From positions 1-64,000 of IMG/VR virus record IMGVR_UViG_3300007352_000013: a stretch of 64,000 nucleotides of DNA, one strand, 5' to 3'. A program made the position numbers and the translations under genes. How positions within the stretch are numbered: position 1 is the first letter of the stretch; the number at the start of each line of letters is the position of its first letter. This document shows positions 1 to 10,460 of the stretch, piece by piece. The notes under the pieces were generated by a model that saw nothing but the letters and a program-made list of their open reading frames with translations, made no database searches and had not been told where the DNA came from. Origin of the DNA: a virus.

Positions 1-165
1 AACTTTTCGTATTGCTGTCTGGAATTGCCAGAATCGCAAATTCGTGGCATGGTCTTCAACGAGATCCGTGTGTAGATATTAATACCGTTTTCCAGTTCAT
101 CAATGGGGCATTATTAGTGTATTGTGCCATTTACCTGTTTACCATGTAATCTGAAAGGAAAACAA

Positions 166-387
166 ATGAAACTTGAAATCACCCAAAACACAAATACGGT
201 CGATATTTCCGAGATCAAAGTGGGCGAATGTTTTGAGTATAAGGGAAAATACTTCATGAGGACAGATGCAAAATTGAGAAAATCAGATAAAGAAGTTCAC
301 TCGGTACTATGCGATGGAACTGAAACTTTGTTTAGTTCAGTACCTACAATGGTTCGTCGTATTCCTAACGCCAAATGGGTTTGTTAG
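166..387 (+). CDS. Small beta-rich hypothetical protein, member of a dispersed paralog family
   Basis: RBS GAAAGGA upstream of ATG 166; motif ISEIKVGECFEYKGKYFMR shared with several other ~70 aa ORFs. Confidence 0.7.
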   Translation: MKLEITQNTNTVDISEIKVGECFEYKGKYFMRTDAKLRKSDKEVHSVLCDGTETLFSSVPTMVRRIPNAKWVC

Positions 388-473
388 TGGCATAGATAAC
401 CATTTCTTGTTCTACAATTGTCTACCCCCGGTCTTTTTTGACACTAATATGCGTTTTTTCGCTAAAAATGAAG

Positions 474-692
474 GTCAAAAGACCAAAAAACATCAAAAAA
501 GTCAAACAAATAAGTGTGCCAACATCAAAAAGGAGCAAAAAATGTTCCAAAATGCAAACGATTACATAAAAGTTGGTGCAATTTTCATAAAAATTTGGAT
601 AATTTGGGTCTTTATAGCCCTTTTATCCGGTTGTTTATGAACTTTTTCAATATTTTTATATACCCCAAAAACCCTATTTATAGCCCCAAAAA
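474..692. repeat. Phased A-tract region plus repeated TTTATA(G/TA)CCC(C) motifs, non-coding
   Basis: CAAAA(A) tracts recur roughly every 10 bp at 474-560; TTTATAGCCC at 611, TTTATATACCCC at 655, TTTATAGCCCC at 677; overlapping ORFs are low-complexity and lack an RBS. Confidence 0.5.
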
Positions 693-763
693 GGCATATC
701 GGGGTGATATCATAACGATATTTGGAAAATATCAGAGTCTTGGCATGTGCTTGAACCGGGTTT

Positions 764-805
764 TATCTGAAAAGCATTGTCCACCCGGACAGTATTTTTC
801 AGATA
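764..805. other. Long imperfect inverted repeat (hairpin/cruciform)
   Basis: TATCTGAAAA (764-773) / TTTTCAGATA (796-805) enclosing TGTCC-ACCC-GGACA. Confidence 0.6.
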
Positions 806-1529
806 GAATCTTGTTTCACTGAAAGCGAGTGAATCATGGATAATGTAGAATAGTGTAGTATCTCTAATATAGATTCTCATTACCCATATCACATTTGGCA
901 ATGATCATCATAGTTTCAGAAAGGGATAATTATGAGAAAAGTAATTGAGTTCATTAAAGACGAAAATAATCCTACAGATGATGAATTGCTTTTGCAACTT
1001 GCTTTTGGGCTAGGTAGACATTTATCTAATCCGAAAGAAGAACGTCATGGATTTGTCACCCAAGAAGGAATACATAATAACAACATACGCCATCTTATGA
1101 AATTGCTAATAGAAAGATGTGGATTACCAGTACCATCTTCTAGGGTGGATGAGTGGATTCATTGGTATCAAAATCTTCCTACAAAAGAAAGATTAACTAA
1201 CTTGGAAAAGTAATATGAGGAATATATATCTTCTGGTATAGAAAAACCAGAAATACGAGTTAAGTGGCTGTAAACAATGGCCTTATGGGAGAAAAGCGAT
1301 GAAAAAACGATCACTCGTGTTGGGATTCTCCGAGTATGTTTGGATTGTCGAATTCCGTATTGGCAATGAAGTAGAGTATGCGCAACAGTTCCTTTGTTAC
1401 GACGAAGCTATCGAGTATATGTCTACCGATACCGCAAGGGATTGGATAGCGCAATTGTCGAAAAACTCTCTTCCTATGATAGGTAACTAAATCAAGCACA
1501 GCAAAGGAGTTATAGTATTTTCTATCGTA

Positions 1530-1603
1530 CATCCGGTAGTTACCGGGTTAGCCTGAAGGGGTCGCAACCCTACCCAGTGGAGCGGAACCACAATTGCCGG
1601 ATG
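1530..1603 (+). ncRNA. Candidate three-way-junction structured RNA (unassigned)
   Basis: 12-bp closing stem CATCCGGTAGTT/AATTGCCGGATG; inner GGGT-CGCA-ACCC and GTGG-AGCGGAA-CCAC hairpins; GC-rich intergenic island. Confidence 0.45.
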
Positions 1604-2517
1604 TGCGATTGAGAATATTATTAGGAGATGTAATTATGGCCATTTTCGTGGTTTGCGACAATCATAAGATAGCCCAATTCCCACAACATACGGTAGATCC
1701 GTCGTGGAAACATCCAATTTGCACCACATTCGAGGAAGCGCAGAAGTATTGCGATGAATGGTTGGGTTATCAATTTCGCAGGGCAACACCAAAATCTACT
1801 AATGTTTCAGTTTGTTACGATGGATTCGGAAGTTACATAGAAATCGTCAAGATTGGGGAATAAAAATGCAAAATCCGCCAATTGTCAATTCAGTTTTCTT
1901 TGATTCCAAGTCTAATCCAGCAAGTCAAACAACAAGCGCCAAATTGGCACTTTAATTGTGGAAAAGTGTGGTAAAAGTGTGGAGAAATAAAATATGTCAC
2001 AGAAAATTCTTGAGGCTCAACAGGCATTTATGTATGCTGGCTACCAATGGCAAGAATCCATATTTAACGATAACTGTGAAGATAATTGCTATATTGTGTT
2101 TTCAAAGAACACAAGTCCAGTATATTTTGAACGCCATCCAGAAGGTGATTTCGCGTTTGGAAGATTTTCAAGAGAAAAGGCGTGGTCAATGGCATTGGAT
2201 TGGCTTGAAACAATTAAGTCACTAAATCGTACCACATCATTGTAAGTAAGATAATTCGGAGAAAATAATGGCAATCATTTCTGCAAGGGTCGTAAAACGT
2301 GGTAGTCGGGTCGCTGATACCAATCAGTATGAAGCAGAATTCAATGGAGAAATTCCGACCTACGACGAAGTAGCAATGGCCCAGATGAATATGCTCCACT
2401 TCCACCCTGCCGGGTACGGGATGCCGTTTGATATCAATGTATCCGAAAACAAGGTCTCTTGGAAGTCTTTCGCAAATTGCGATTGATTTTGCACTGCATT
2501 TGATGGAAGGATCAGAT

Positions 2518-2718
2518 ATGAAAATCGAACTTTTAGAAGGAAATCATTTAATCGTAGATTTGGAAGTCGGCCAAGTCGTTCTGGTCAATAATGAGGTTGT
2601 TCGGGTAGATAAAATCGTAAATGACTATTCATTTGTTGGCCAATCCTTAGAAGGAAATGGCATGGGTCGGTTCATTTCCGAAACCCCGTTCGTTCGGAAA
2701 GTGATGGTACTTGAATAG
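2518..2718 (+). CDS. Small beta-rich paralog-family protein
   Basis: MKIELLEG..IVDLEVGQVVLVNNEVVRV pattern. Confidence 0.55.
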   Translation: MKIELLEGNHLIVDLEVGQVVLVNNEVVRVDKIVNDYSFVGQSLEGNGMGRFISETPFVRKVMVLE

Positions 2719-2769
2719 AAAGGGATTATATGTGCAAGTCTTGTAACGAGCCTGTCATAGGAAAATAAT

Positions 2770-3039
2770 ATGTACAAGTGTCCATCGTGCAAAGACACAG
2801 GGTTTGTGGAATTATTCACTTCATCAAAACCCTGTCTCGATTGCAAGTTACTAAAACCCGACGAGCAAAACGATGAAAATCTGTATTGTTCCTGTTGCAA
2901 TTGTGGGGTTAACTCGATTGTAAGGCGTGGAACTTGGGGTTACAGTGATCTAAAAGAAAATGGAGAGTGTTGGGGAAAATGTGAATATTGCGGAAAAGAG
3001 GGTATTAGGTTCGTGCTGTTACCGTCAATTCCGGTATGA
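2770..3039 (+). CDS. Zn-finger protein with CxxCKDTG...PCLDC N-terminal module
   Basis: CPSCKDTGFVELFTSSKPCLDC; second CSCCNCG...CEYCG module. Confidence 0.65.
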   Translation: MYKCPSCKDTGFVELFTSSKPCLDCKLLKPDEQNDENLYCSCCNCGVNSIVRRGTWGYSDLKENGECWGKCEYCGKEGIRFVLLPSIPV

Positions 3040-5187
3040 ATAAACAAAAATGCATATGTTTCCTTTGAATTATTAAATGGAGAATGAAATGATTATAGCT
3101 ACAATCTGTTCATGTTTATCTTTGATTATCAATATTATTATTGGAATGGCTGTGGCATGTTCAAATATGGAAGAAGAAAACAGAGTGATGGCGTGTGGTT
3201 TCATTGTAATAAACTGCATTTTGTGCTTGATACCAGCGTTTATTTGTTGGTCAAAATATTATCTTGAAGAATAGACGTTTGATATCGTCATAAACGATTA
3301 ATCAGGAGACTAATGTGCTAACACCAACTTCGGTAAAATTCAGAGATGCACAAATTCTTTCGGAAAAACACAGAGATGTGATTGTTTACGATCCGTCTTC
3401 TGGTGATGTTTGTGTGTTCGAAGATAACATTTGGCCTTTTAATGGCACATATAAAAAGAAGGTAGATGTCATTTCTGAAATTGGAACAGGTTTCATGGAT
3501 GATAATTATACGTTCATATGGATAATGGCTATTTAGGAGAAACAAATGTGTTACAATCATTCTGAACATTACGAGCCATCAGAACCAACTTCTTATTGGT
3601 GCGATAAGTGTGACACCAGAATCGTCGATAGTTACGATAACACAACGGGTCTCTTTTATGTCCAGTACGGTCACTCTTACAATAAAGAAACATGTAAATT
3701 TGATGGAGAATATATTGGCGTTATGTATGCTTTGTGCCACGAGTGTATTACGGGTCTTTAGGAGAATCTATCAATGTCAGCAGAATGCACTGGAGCATTG
3801 AATCTGGACCGTATTTCTGGTTCAAATATTCCTGTGGATATTTGGTTGAAACATGATGATCAAACGGGGTTATGGGTTCTTAGTGCTGATAATTATATGC
3901 CACGTAGGGGTTGTCTTGGAGGTCCGGATAGTTACGAATTTTTCTCCGAATCAAGAGATGAATTGGTTGAAATCTTGAAAAATAAGATTTTACCAATCTA
4001 TATTAATGCCCTTGCAAAAATCAACGCAATAATCAAGGATGAGGAAGAGTGCCTGTATTACTGGGACTAGGAATTGTAACTGGACCGTGCTTGACTACCA
4101 AATCTAAGATTTCTTGTCTTACTCCTAAGAACCGAAGCAAGAAGGACCGTGCATCCTTCAATAAGGCTATAGACTGTATTGATTGTAGAATTGGTCAAAG
4201 TATTGGAACGGTCTTGGGTGTGAGACAATTAACCTTTACAAAGGAGTATTGAATGTGTAAAGAGTACATTGATTTGGAAAATCGCGCGAAAGAAGAATAC
4301 GCCAATGCTTGGTGGTCTATGTCGGAAAAAGATCGGATTTGTGTTGTGTTAGATGAGATTTCTAATCATACTAGTAATCCAAATGGCCCAAAACCAAGTT
4401 TGACAACACAGGAATGGTCTTTGGTACACGACCTACTTTCTTTGCGTCTTGCTGAAATATAAGGAGTTACAAGTATGTGTCAATGTAATTGTGGGGTTAA
4501 ATGGGTCTATCATGTAGATCCTGTTTTTACAACTTTGGGTAGCAAAATCCCACATTTGTGGCAAGTCCATAAACAAGATCTAAAAGATACAAAATGGACA
4601 TTCGTAGCTGTACTTCTTATAGTTGGGCCAAAATCGTGTCCAATTCATGTTCTTACCGGAAGTCTTACTCCAGAAGAACTTACTATTGTCGAAGATAGGC
4701 TAACTTGAAAGGAAAATATTGTGATAGAGACGCTTTACGAACTAAACGTTGGAAATTCTACTCTTTTTGAGACTGACTACATTTCACCATTCACATGCAA
4801 GAAGTACGAAGATTCATGGAAAAATGTGTTTGTGCAAATGGTAAAGACACCATTTTGGTTTAATTTTGCGATTGACTGGTTCCGTACAGAAATTTATGTA
4901 GGCGCATTTCTTTTCGGAGTCAGGTTTGAGGTATATCCCGGAAATATTTTTAATTGGTTGAAATCAAAAGTTTTGAGAAAGGTATGAAATGACTTACAAA
5001 GAACTTATCTATTTTTTGCTAAATAGAACAACCGAGGACCAGATTGGCCAAGATGTAACTGTCAGAACAAATGACGGAGAATGTTACCCCGTCACAAATC
5101 TTGTTCTTGCAGACGAATCCCAAGATCAATTGGATATTGGTCATATAGTTTTGGAAATTCCTATTGATCTATCATAATAGGTTTTGC

Positions 5188-5261
5188 GGAGTGGTGGAGT
5201 AATTGGATAACTCAGCGGCCTTTCAAGCCGCAGATTGCGGGTTCGAGTCCCGTCCACTCTA
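5188..5261 (+). tRNA. tRNA-Glu (anticodon UUC), no encoded CCA
   Basis: Acceptor GGAGTGG/CCACTCT, anticodon arm GCGGC-CTTTCAA-GCCGC, T-loop GTTCGAGTC. Confidence 0.93.
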
Positions 5262-5524
5262 TTATTTATGAAAGGAATGAAATGAAGAGATTTATTCTTG
5301 AAATACGGGATGAATTGCGCGAACCATTAGTAGATTATTTCAATGGTTCATCTATGGTCAAGATGGAACAAAAGTGGGGAAGGGATTTGGCCATTGAAGC
5401 AACTGCAATGGGTAGAAAATTCGTCAGAGAAATAGAGAGCGGTACACAAAATTGTTGCATTCAACAATGTACCTGTATGTCGTAACGCAGATTGATTGGT
5501 CCATTTTGAAAGGAGAACGAAGTC

Positions 5525-6067
5525 GTGATCATGAATACAAGCGCTGGAACGTCGGTTTTGTCGCAGATTGAGACTTCTTCATTCAAGTTTTTCCTAACTG
5601 GTAGTCAGTTTTTCGGAAATACAACAAAAGAATCAGACTATGATTTCTTTGTTCGAGAAGATGACTCACTCTATGATTGGTTAGAGGGTCTTGGTTTCGA
5701 GATGCAAGGTAATGATTACGGCCCAGATTGGCGTGAGATGGGTTTTGCAAAACGATGTTCATTGTTGCCGCCAGATCATGCTTGTGATCCTACAATCAAG
5801 GAAGTTTGGCTTCACGGAGGCAATCCGAACATCCATATTCAAGTAATTCACAGAGATATGCTTGAGGTTAAGAAGATTGCGCAAGATATTATCAATAGTT
5901 GCAATCTGCTTTCTAGGCTCGCGCCACGCGAGACTCTTGAATGGAAAGGTATTAAAGACGGATTCGCACAAAACCCCAATTACAAAGCTTTGTCTAAAGC
6001 AGTTTGGGTTTCAGTAATTCAGTCCATCATATGGATGAAGAGGAACCACGTCGGAGTTCGAATCTAA
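5525..6067 (+). CDS. Minimal nucleotidyltransferase (Pol-beta superfamily)
   Basis: FLTGSQFFG...SDYDFFV = GS + DxD signature. Confidence 0.7.
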   Translation: MIMNTSAGTSVLSQIETSSFKFFLTGSQFFGNTTKESDYDFFVREDDSLYDWLEGLGFEMQGNDYGPDWREMGFAKRCSLLPPDHACDPTIKEVWLHGGNPNIHIQVIHRDMLEVKKIAQDIINSCNLLSRLAPRETLEWKGIKDGFAQNPNYKALSKAVWVSVIQSIIWMKRNHVGVRI

Positions 6068-6354
6068 GGAGATAAAATATGGAATTTCAGGTAAAACACT
6101 TGGATACCGGAGATAAATTCGATATTCTTGGAACAACAGGTTTTTGGTGGATAAAAGGTGAAAAAACAGTCGTGTGCATGACTAAATCAGAAGTTGAAGT
6201 GTGTCATGAATGCGTAAACGGTAATGGTGGGGTGGTCTACATTTGTGAGGATCAAATAATAGATTCTTTCCAACGTAAACCAGAGTCTGACATTACCCGG
6301 CCCAAATTTTGTGAATGCGGTTGTAGCAAGTGCTATTGATAGGATAATTTCTAA

Positions 6355-6531
6355 ATGGCAACTATTTGCGACCGATGTTTAAGATCGGGGATGCTTGACG
6401 TTGTATTGAAGGATTTGGCTGGCAAACAACCAGACGGATGCGGAGTTAACCATATCGTCGGTTGCCCTAATTGTTACGATGGTGTAAGGAGTAACAAATT
6501 TGGGAGAGTCTATGGTGGAGTAGTGTTTTGA
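6355..6531 (+). CDS. 58-aa Zn-ribbon microprotein (below the ORF-track cutoff)
   Basis: Read by eye: MATICDRCLRSG...GCPNCYDG...GGVVF*. Confidence 0.55.
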   Translation: MATICDRCLRSGMLDVVLKDLAGKQPDGCGVNHIVGCPNCYDGVRSNKFGRVYGGVVF

Positions 6532-6588
6532 AAGAGCGTCCGTTCGGATCGTTGACTCCACAAGCCAGGAAGTTAAGGGGATTAATTC

Positions 6589-6942
6589 ATGCTAAGATGT
6601 AAATATTGTAAAGATACAGGTATGGTGGATTTATTGACAGGATCTAGGCCGTGTTTAGATTGTCCACCGCCAGAACCTATTATGGAAATCAATCCAATGG
6701 CTTTTAAATATGGATGGTTTTCGCATGAAGCCAAAGAAAGATTCGGGAGCATCCGTTATATATCTTTTGATAATCCGGCAGAATCCATAGAAGTTACAGC
6801 CGTAATTGATGCAAGATTCGGAAATGATAAAGAATATCCTACATACGGTTGGAGGGATAAAATCTTTGTCGGTAGGGTGACAAATTATATCTATGGAACA
6901 AGGACCGAACCAAACATTCTACATAAAGAAAGGAAATGTTGA
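6589..6942 (+). CDS. Hypothetical protein with CxxCKDTG...PCLDC N-terminal module
   Basis: CKYCKDTGMVDLLTGSRPCLDC, paralogous to the start of 2770..3039. Confidence 0.65.
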   Translation: MLRCKYCKDTGMVDLLTGSRPCLDCPPPEPIMEINPMAFKYGWFSHEAKERFGSIRYISFDNPAESIEVTAVIDARFGNDKEYPTYGWRDKIFVGRVTNYIYGTRTEPNILHKERKC

Positions 6943-7157
6943 AGTATGATGAACATTAAATCAAAACCAGGAACAGAAGTAAAGTTCGTGGGTGTAGGCG
7001 GTTATGATTCCGACGTACCCAATGCTCTGAAAGCCGGTTTGATTGTGGGACGCACCTATTCGGTCAAGTACGTAGAAATTAATGACTGGTCTAGTTATGT
7101 AGAACTTGAAGGAATTGAAGGCAAATTCAACACTGTTATGTTCGCTTAAAGCGAACT

Positions 7158-7273
7158 GTTCTATCAAAAGGTGTGGTTACGCCTATCAAGCGTAACCGGG
7201 TGTGCATAGCATGGTATAGCCACGCTTCCGATAAATCCCATGAAGGGTCACGTTCGAATCGTGATATAGAACA
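7158..7273 (+). ncRNA. tRNA-like structured element (non-canonical)
   Basis: GTTCTAT/ATAGAAC terminal stem, perfect T-arm TCACG-TTCGAAT-CGTGA, 8-bp hairpin with CT-ATC-AA loop; no canonical cloverleaf. Confidence 0.45.
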
Positions 7274-7521
7274 TCGGAGAATAAAATGTTACAAGAAAGA
7301 GGGATTTACTACTCAAGATCGGAAGATGAACGTCTATATTTTTGCAAGTTCGCTTATAGATCATTTTATAATGGCAAAGAGGTCAAAGGGAGAACGGAAA
7401 TTTGGTGCAAAAACTTAGGCGAATTTCTTTCGCTATTGTTTTATTGGTCTGGAGAAAAATGGATTTATAAGCCCTGTGTAGACAAATACGGATACATAGA
7501 GGGTTCTTTCTAGACTTTTTA

Positions 7522-7605
7522 GGCGCAGTGGCGGAATTGGCAGACGCGCCAGATTCAAGATCTGGTTTCAGAAATGAAGTGTGGGTTCAAATCCCTCCTG
7601 CGCTA
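7522..7605 (+). tRNA. tRNA-Leu (anticodon CAA), class II, no encoded CCA
   Basis: GGCGCAG/CTGCGCT acceptor, D-arm GCGGAATTGGCAGACGC, CCAGA-TTCAAGA-TCTGG, long variable arm, GTTCAAATC. Confidence 0.93.
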
Positions 7606-8352
7606 TTAATTTACATAAGGAGTTGATATGCTAAAAACAACATTGATTTTCTATCGTGGAAAATTTCAAAATTTAAACTTCGCTCAGTGTTCCGTATGTT
7701 TAAATACAATTGTTGAAAGATCTGATAAATTAAATGATCCAGAAAAAGATCTACCGAGTCAATGCCCAGATTGTTACGGAGATATAGCTTGGTGGTTGTG
7801 TAAGGTAGCAAAAAATGCAACGGTAATACCGAGAATTGTATAATTGACATTTACATAAATGTTTGGGAAATTCAAATGAATAACAATACGAAAATTTGTA
7901 AACTATACAAAGTTTTCAGATCAATCTCGCCGTATGAACTTACTCCAGATCAAATGGAAAGGTATATACGAAACAATTGGTCCGATGTGCAAAAGGCTTT
8001 ATTCAAACGTGGTAAAATTTTTAATAGTCCAGACGATCTGTTCTCTTGGGTCGAAGAAATATGAAATTAAAGACCAATCTAGTTTGGTATTAAATATTTG
8101 CCAGACACAATAGATTAGGAGAAAAATAATGTCTTATTACGAATGCGATAGTGGTTGCGGGAGATATAAACCTCACCCAATGCTCAAATCTTGTCCGTCA
8201 TGCACGGCTTTTAATGAATTGCCTGCACAATTAAAAAGAAAAAGGATTACTGACAAGATTAAAAAATGGATAAAATACGGATATTGGGGTGGAAGCGAAC
8301 CCAAATTGACTCAATGCGAATACGAGTGGATTATTAAAGAATTGGAATAGTT

Positions 8353-8943
8353 ATGTCTAACAATATAACTTTAATAGGAGATGTTCACGGTAAAACCAAA
8401 GAATATCTTGATATAGTTAGTAAACACGAGTATTCCGTCCAAGTTGGTGATATGGGATTTGATTATGAACACTGCAAAGGTTTAAATCCTAATAATCATG
8501 TTTTCATTGGCGGAAATCATGATAACTTCGATGTAATTGATTCTTGCCCAAATTATTTGGGTAGATTCGGTAATACTTCATTGAACAGTATTCCCTTCTT
8601 CTTTGTTAGTGGTGCTTTTAGTATTGATAAAATCTATAGAGTAGAAGGTAAAAGTTGGTGGCGCAAAGAAGAACTAACAAATGAAGAATGCAGCGAATGC
8701 ATGGAATTATATTATCAAACAATGCCGAGAGTTGTTGTGTCACACGATTGTCCATCAGTAGCATCACAAAAACTTTTTAACATATCGGATAGAACAATGA
8801 CTCGCCAACTAATGGGCCAGATGTGGGCAAGATGGCGTCCGGAGGTTTGGATTTTTGGACATTGGCACCAATCTAAAAATACGTACATAGGAAGTACACT
8901 TTTTGTTTGTTTATCAGAATTGGAAACGTTTGTACTAGAGTAA
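8353..8943 (+). CDS. Calcineurin-like metallophosphoesterase
   Basis: GDVHG, GDMG, GGNHD, SHDCP, GHWH motifs. Confidence 0.88.
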   Translation: MSNNITLIGDVHGKTKEYLDIVSKHEYSVQVGDMGFDYEHCKGLNPNNHVFIGGNHDNFDVIDSCPNYLGRFGNTSLNSIPFFFVSGAFSIDKIYRVEGKSWWRKEELTNEECSECMELYYQTMPRVVVSHDCPSVASQKLFNISDRTMTRQLMGQMWARWRPEVWIFGHWHQSKNTYIGSTLFVCLSELETFVLE

Positions 8944-8960
8944 AATTTAAGGAGAATAAG

Positions 8961-9185
8961 ATGGAATTGAATATTACTAGAGAAAATAAAAACACAACTC
9001 GACCATTATCACAAGTAACTTTTGGTTCGTGCGTTTTTATTGACAATGAATATTACATCTTATCAAATCATGATCATATCGCTTTGTTGGTAAACTTACG
9101 AAATGGTTTTGAGAAAACTCTTCCTTTTAATACAAAGGTTCATGTCGTGGAAGATGCGAGAATTGGTGGTGTTCTGAAAATTTAA
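8961..9185 (+). CDS. Small beta-rich paralog-family protein
   Basis: LSQVTFGSCVFIDNEYYILS...NLRNG...NTKVHVVEDARI, close paralog of 37264..37482. Confidence 0.7.
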   Translation: MELNITRENKNTTRPLSQVTFGSCVFIDNEYYILSNHDHIALLVNLRNGFEKTLPFNTKVHVVEDARIGGVLKI

Positions 9186-9191
9186 AGTAAC

Positions 9192-9263
9192 GGGCGTGTA
9201 ATTCAATGGTAGAAGAGCAGCCTTTTAAGCTGAAAGTTGGGGGTTCGAGTCCCTCCACGCCCA
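9192..9263 (+). tRNA. tRNA-Lys (anticodon UUU), no encoded CCA
   Basis: GGGCGTG/CACGCCC acceptor, CAGC-CTTTTAA-GCTG anticodon arm, GGGGG-TTCGAGT-CCCTC T-arm. Confidence 0.92.
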
Positions 9264-9289
9264 TTTGTAATTTGAAAAGGAGTGTCAGA

Positions 9290-9757
9290 ATGTCTTCTTA
9301 TTTTGATAATGCTTTTCGTAAAACTGACGAAACAATTGATTTTTTATGTAAAAAACTTACCGATGGAAGTTTTGGTAAGATAGATTTTATTACTGGAATA
9401 GGAATGTCGGGTACTTTACTTCTTCTCTCAGTAAGTAGACAAATTAAAATTCCATTCGTAGCATTAAGAAAAGAAGGCGAGTCATCCCATTCCAAATCAG
9501 ATGTCTTTTCTTTTGATCCTCTTGTGAGAAATAAATATGTAATAATTGACGACTTCATTGAAACGGGTAATACCATTAATGGAATTTTAGAAAAAATGAG
9601 GTATATGCAATGTATGGGAATTTTGCTTTATCAATCGTCAGAAAGTCTCCATCAAAAAGCGGTTGAATTATTTCCTGAGTTGAGAATATGCAGTTCGTAT
9701 GATTTCAAAAAAACATTTTTTGCAGAAGGAGTAAAAAATGAAGATAACTCGCGGTAA
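9290..9757 (+). CDS. Type I phosphoribosyltransferase-fold protein
   Basis: PRPP-binding loop YVIIDDFIETGNT; GIGMSG and ALRK motifs. Confidence 0.8.
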   Translation: MSSYFDNAFRKTDETIDFLCKKLTDGSFGKIDFITGIGMSGTLLLLSVSRQIKIPFVALRKEGESSHSKSDVFSFDPLVRNKYVIIDDFIETGNTINGILEKMRYMQCMGILLYQSSESLHQKAVELFPELRICSSYDFKKTFFAEGVKNEDNSR

Positions 9758-9992
9758 AGAAAAAAGAAAAAGTATTCCATTCAAAGACCTTGAGAATGGA
9801 AGATTTTATGTATTATCAGAAGATAATAAAGAAAACAATATTTATCTTAAAGTCAACCAAGATAGTTATGTTTGGATAGGTAACAATACGTTTGATGGTA
9901 ATGGACGTGTTGAATCAGCTTGTATATTTTCTCATGACAACGTATTTGAGGTAGAATTGTCAATTTCTTTTACGATAAAGGAGGGAGTATGA
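9738..9992 (+). CDS. Small beta-rich paralog-family protein
   Basis: MKITR..IPFKDLENGRFYVL...IYLKV. Confidence 0.55.
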   Translation: MKITRGKEKRKSIPFKDLENGRFYVLSEDNKENNIYLKVNQDSYVWIGNNTFDGNGRVESACIFSHDNVFEVELSISFTIKEGV

Positions 9993-10241
9993 AACTCGTC
10001 AGCGCAATTTTGGCAAGTGGGTTTGTTCTATGCATTATTTTTGGTGTGTGTGCTTTAATCGGTGCCTTGCTTTGGCCATATACTATCAATAGTTGGTTGG
10101 TATTTGCTCATCGTGAGCCAGTTGTTGTGTGGTGGCAAGGTGCTCTTTTAGGATTCTGTCCAGTTATTGGTCAATTAACAATTCCAGCAGCAATTGCTAC
10201 TTGGATTCTTATGTTGATTCTTGGAGGTTGAAAGGAATATT

Positions 10242-10460
10242 ATGAGGATTTGTAGAAAAACTACCAAAAAAGTAGAAGTTCGGATGCTTCAAGTTGGTGA
10301 CTGTTTTTTGTATGATGATGAGCTATACATTAAAATAGATGGAAGGTTTAGTGATAATTATGCTGTGTGCGCGATTTATCTAAAAAACGGCCATAAGAAT
10401 GGCTTTTCTAATGCTATTGAAGTAGAACCTGTTACAGTAGTTGCAACAATTGAAAATTAG
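10242..10460 (+). CDS. Small beta-rich paralog-family protein
   Basis: VRMLQVGDCFLYDDELYIKI...IYLKNG...VEPV. Confidence 0.7.
   Translation: MRICRKTTKKVEVRMLQVGDCFLYDDELYIKIDGRFSDNYAVCAIYLKNGHKNGFSNAIEVEPVTVVATIEN

Noticed and set aside
9206-9289. N-terminal extension of the PRTase ORF, and ORF 7173..7418
   Set aside because: They overlap tRNA-Lys and the tRNA-like element; the real starts with RBS are at 9290 and 7286
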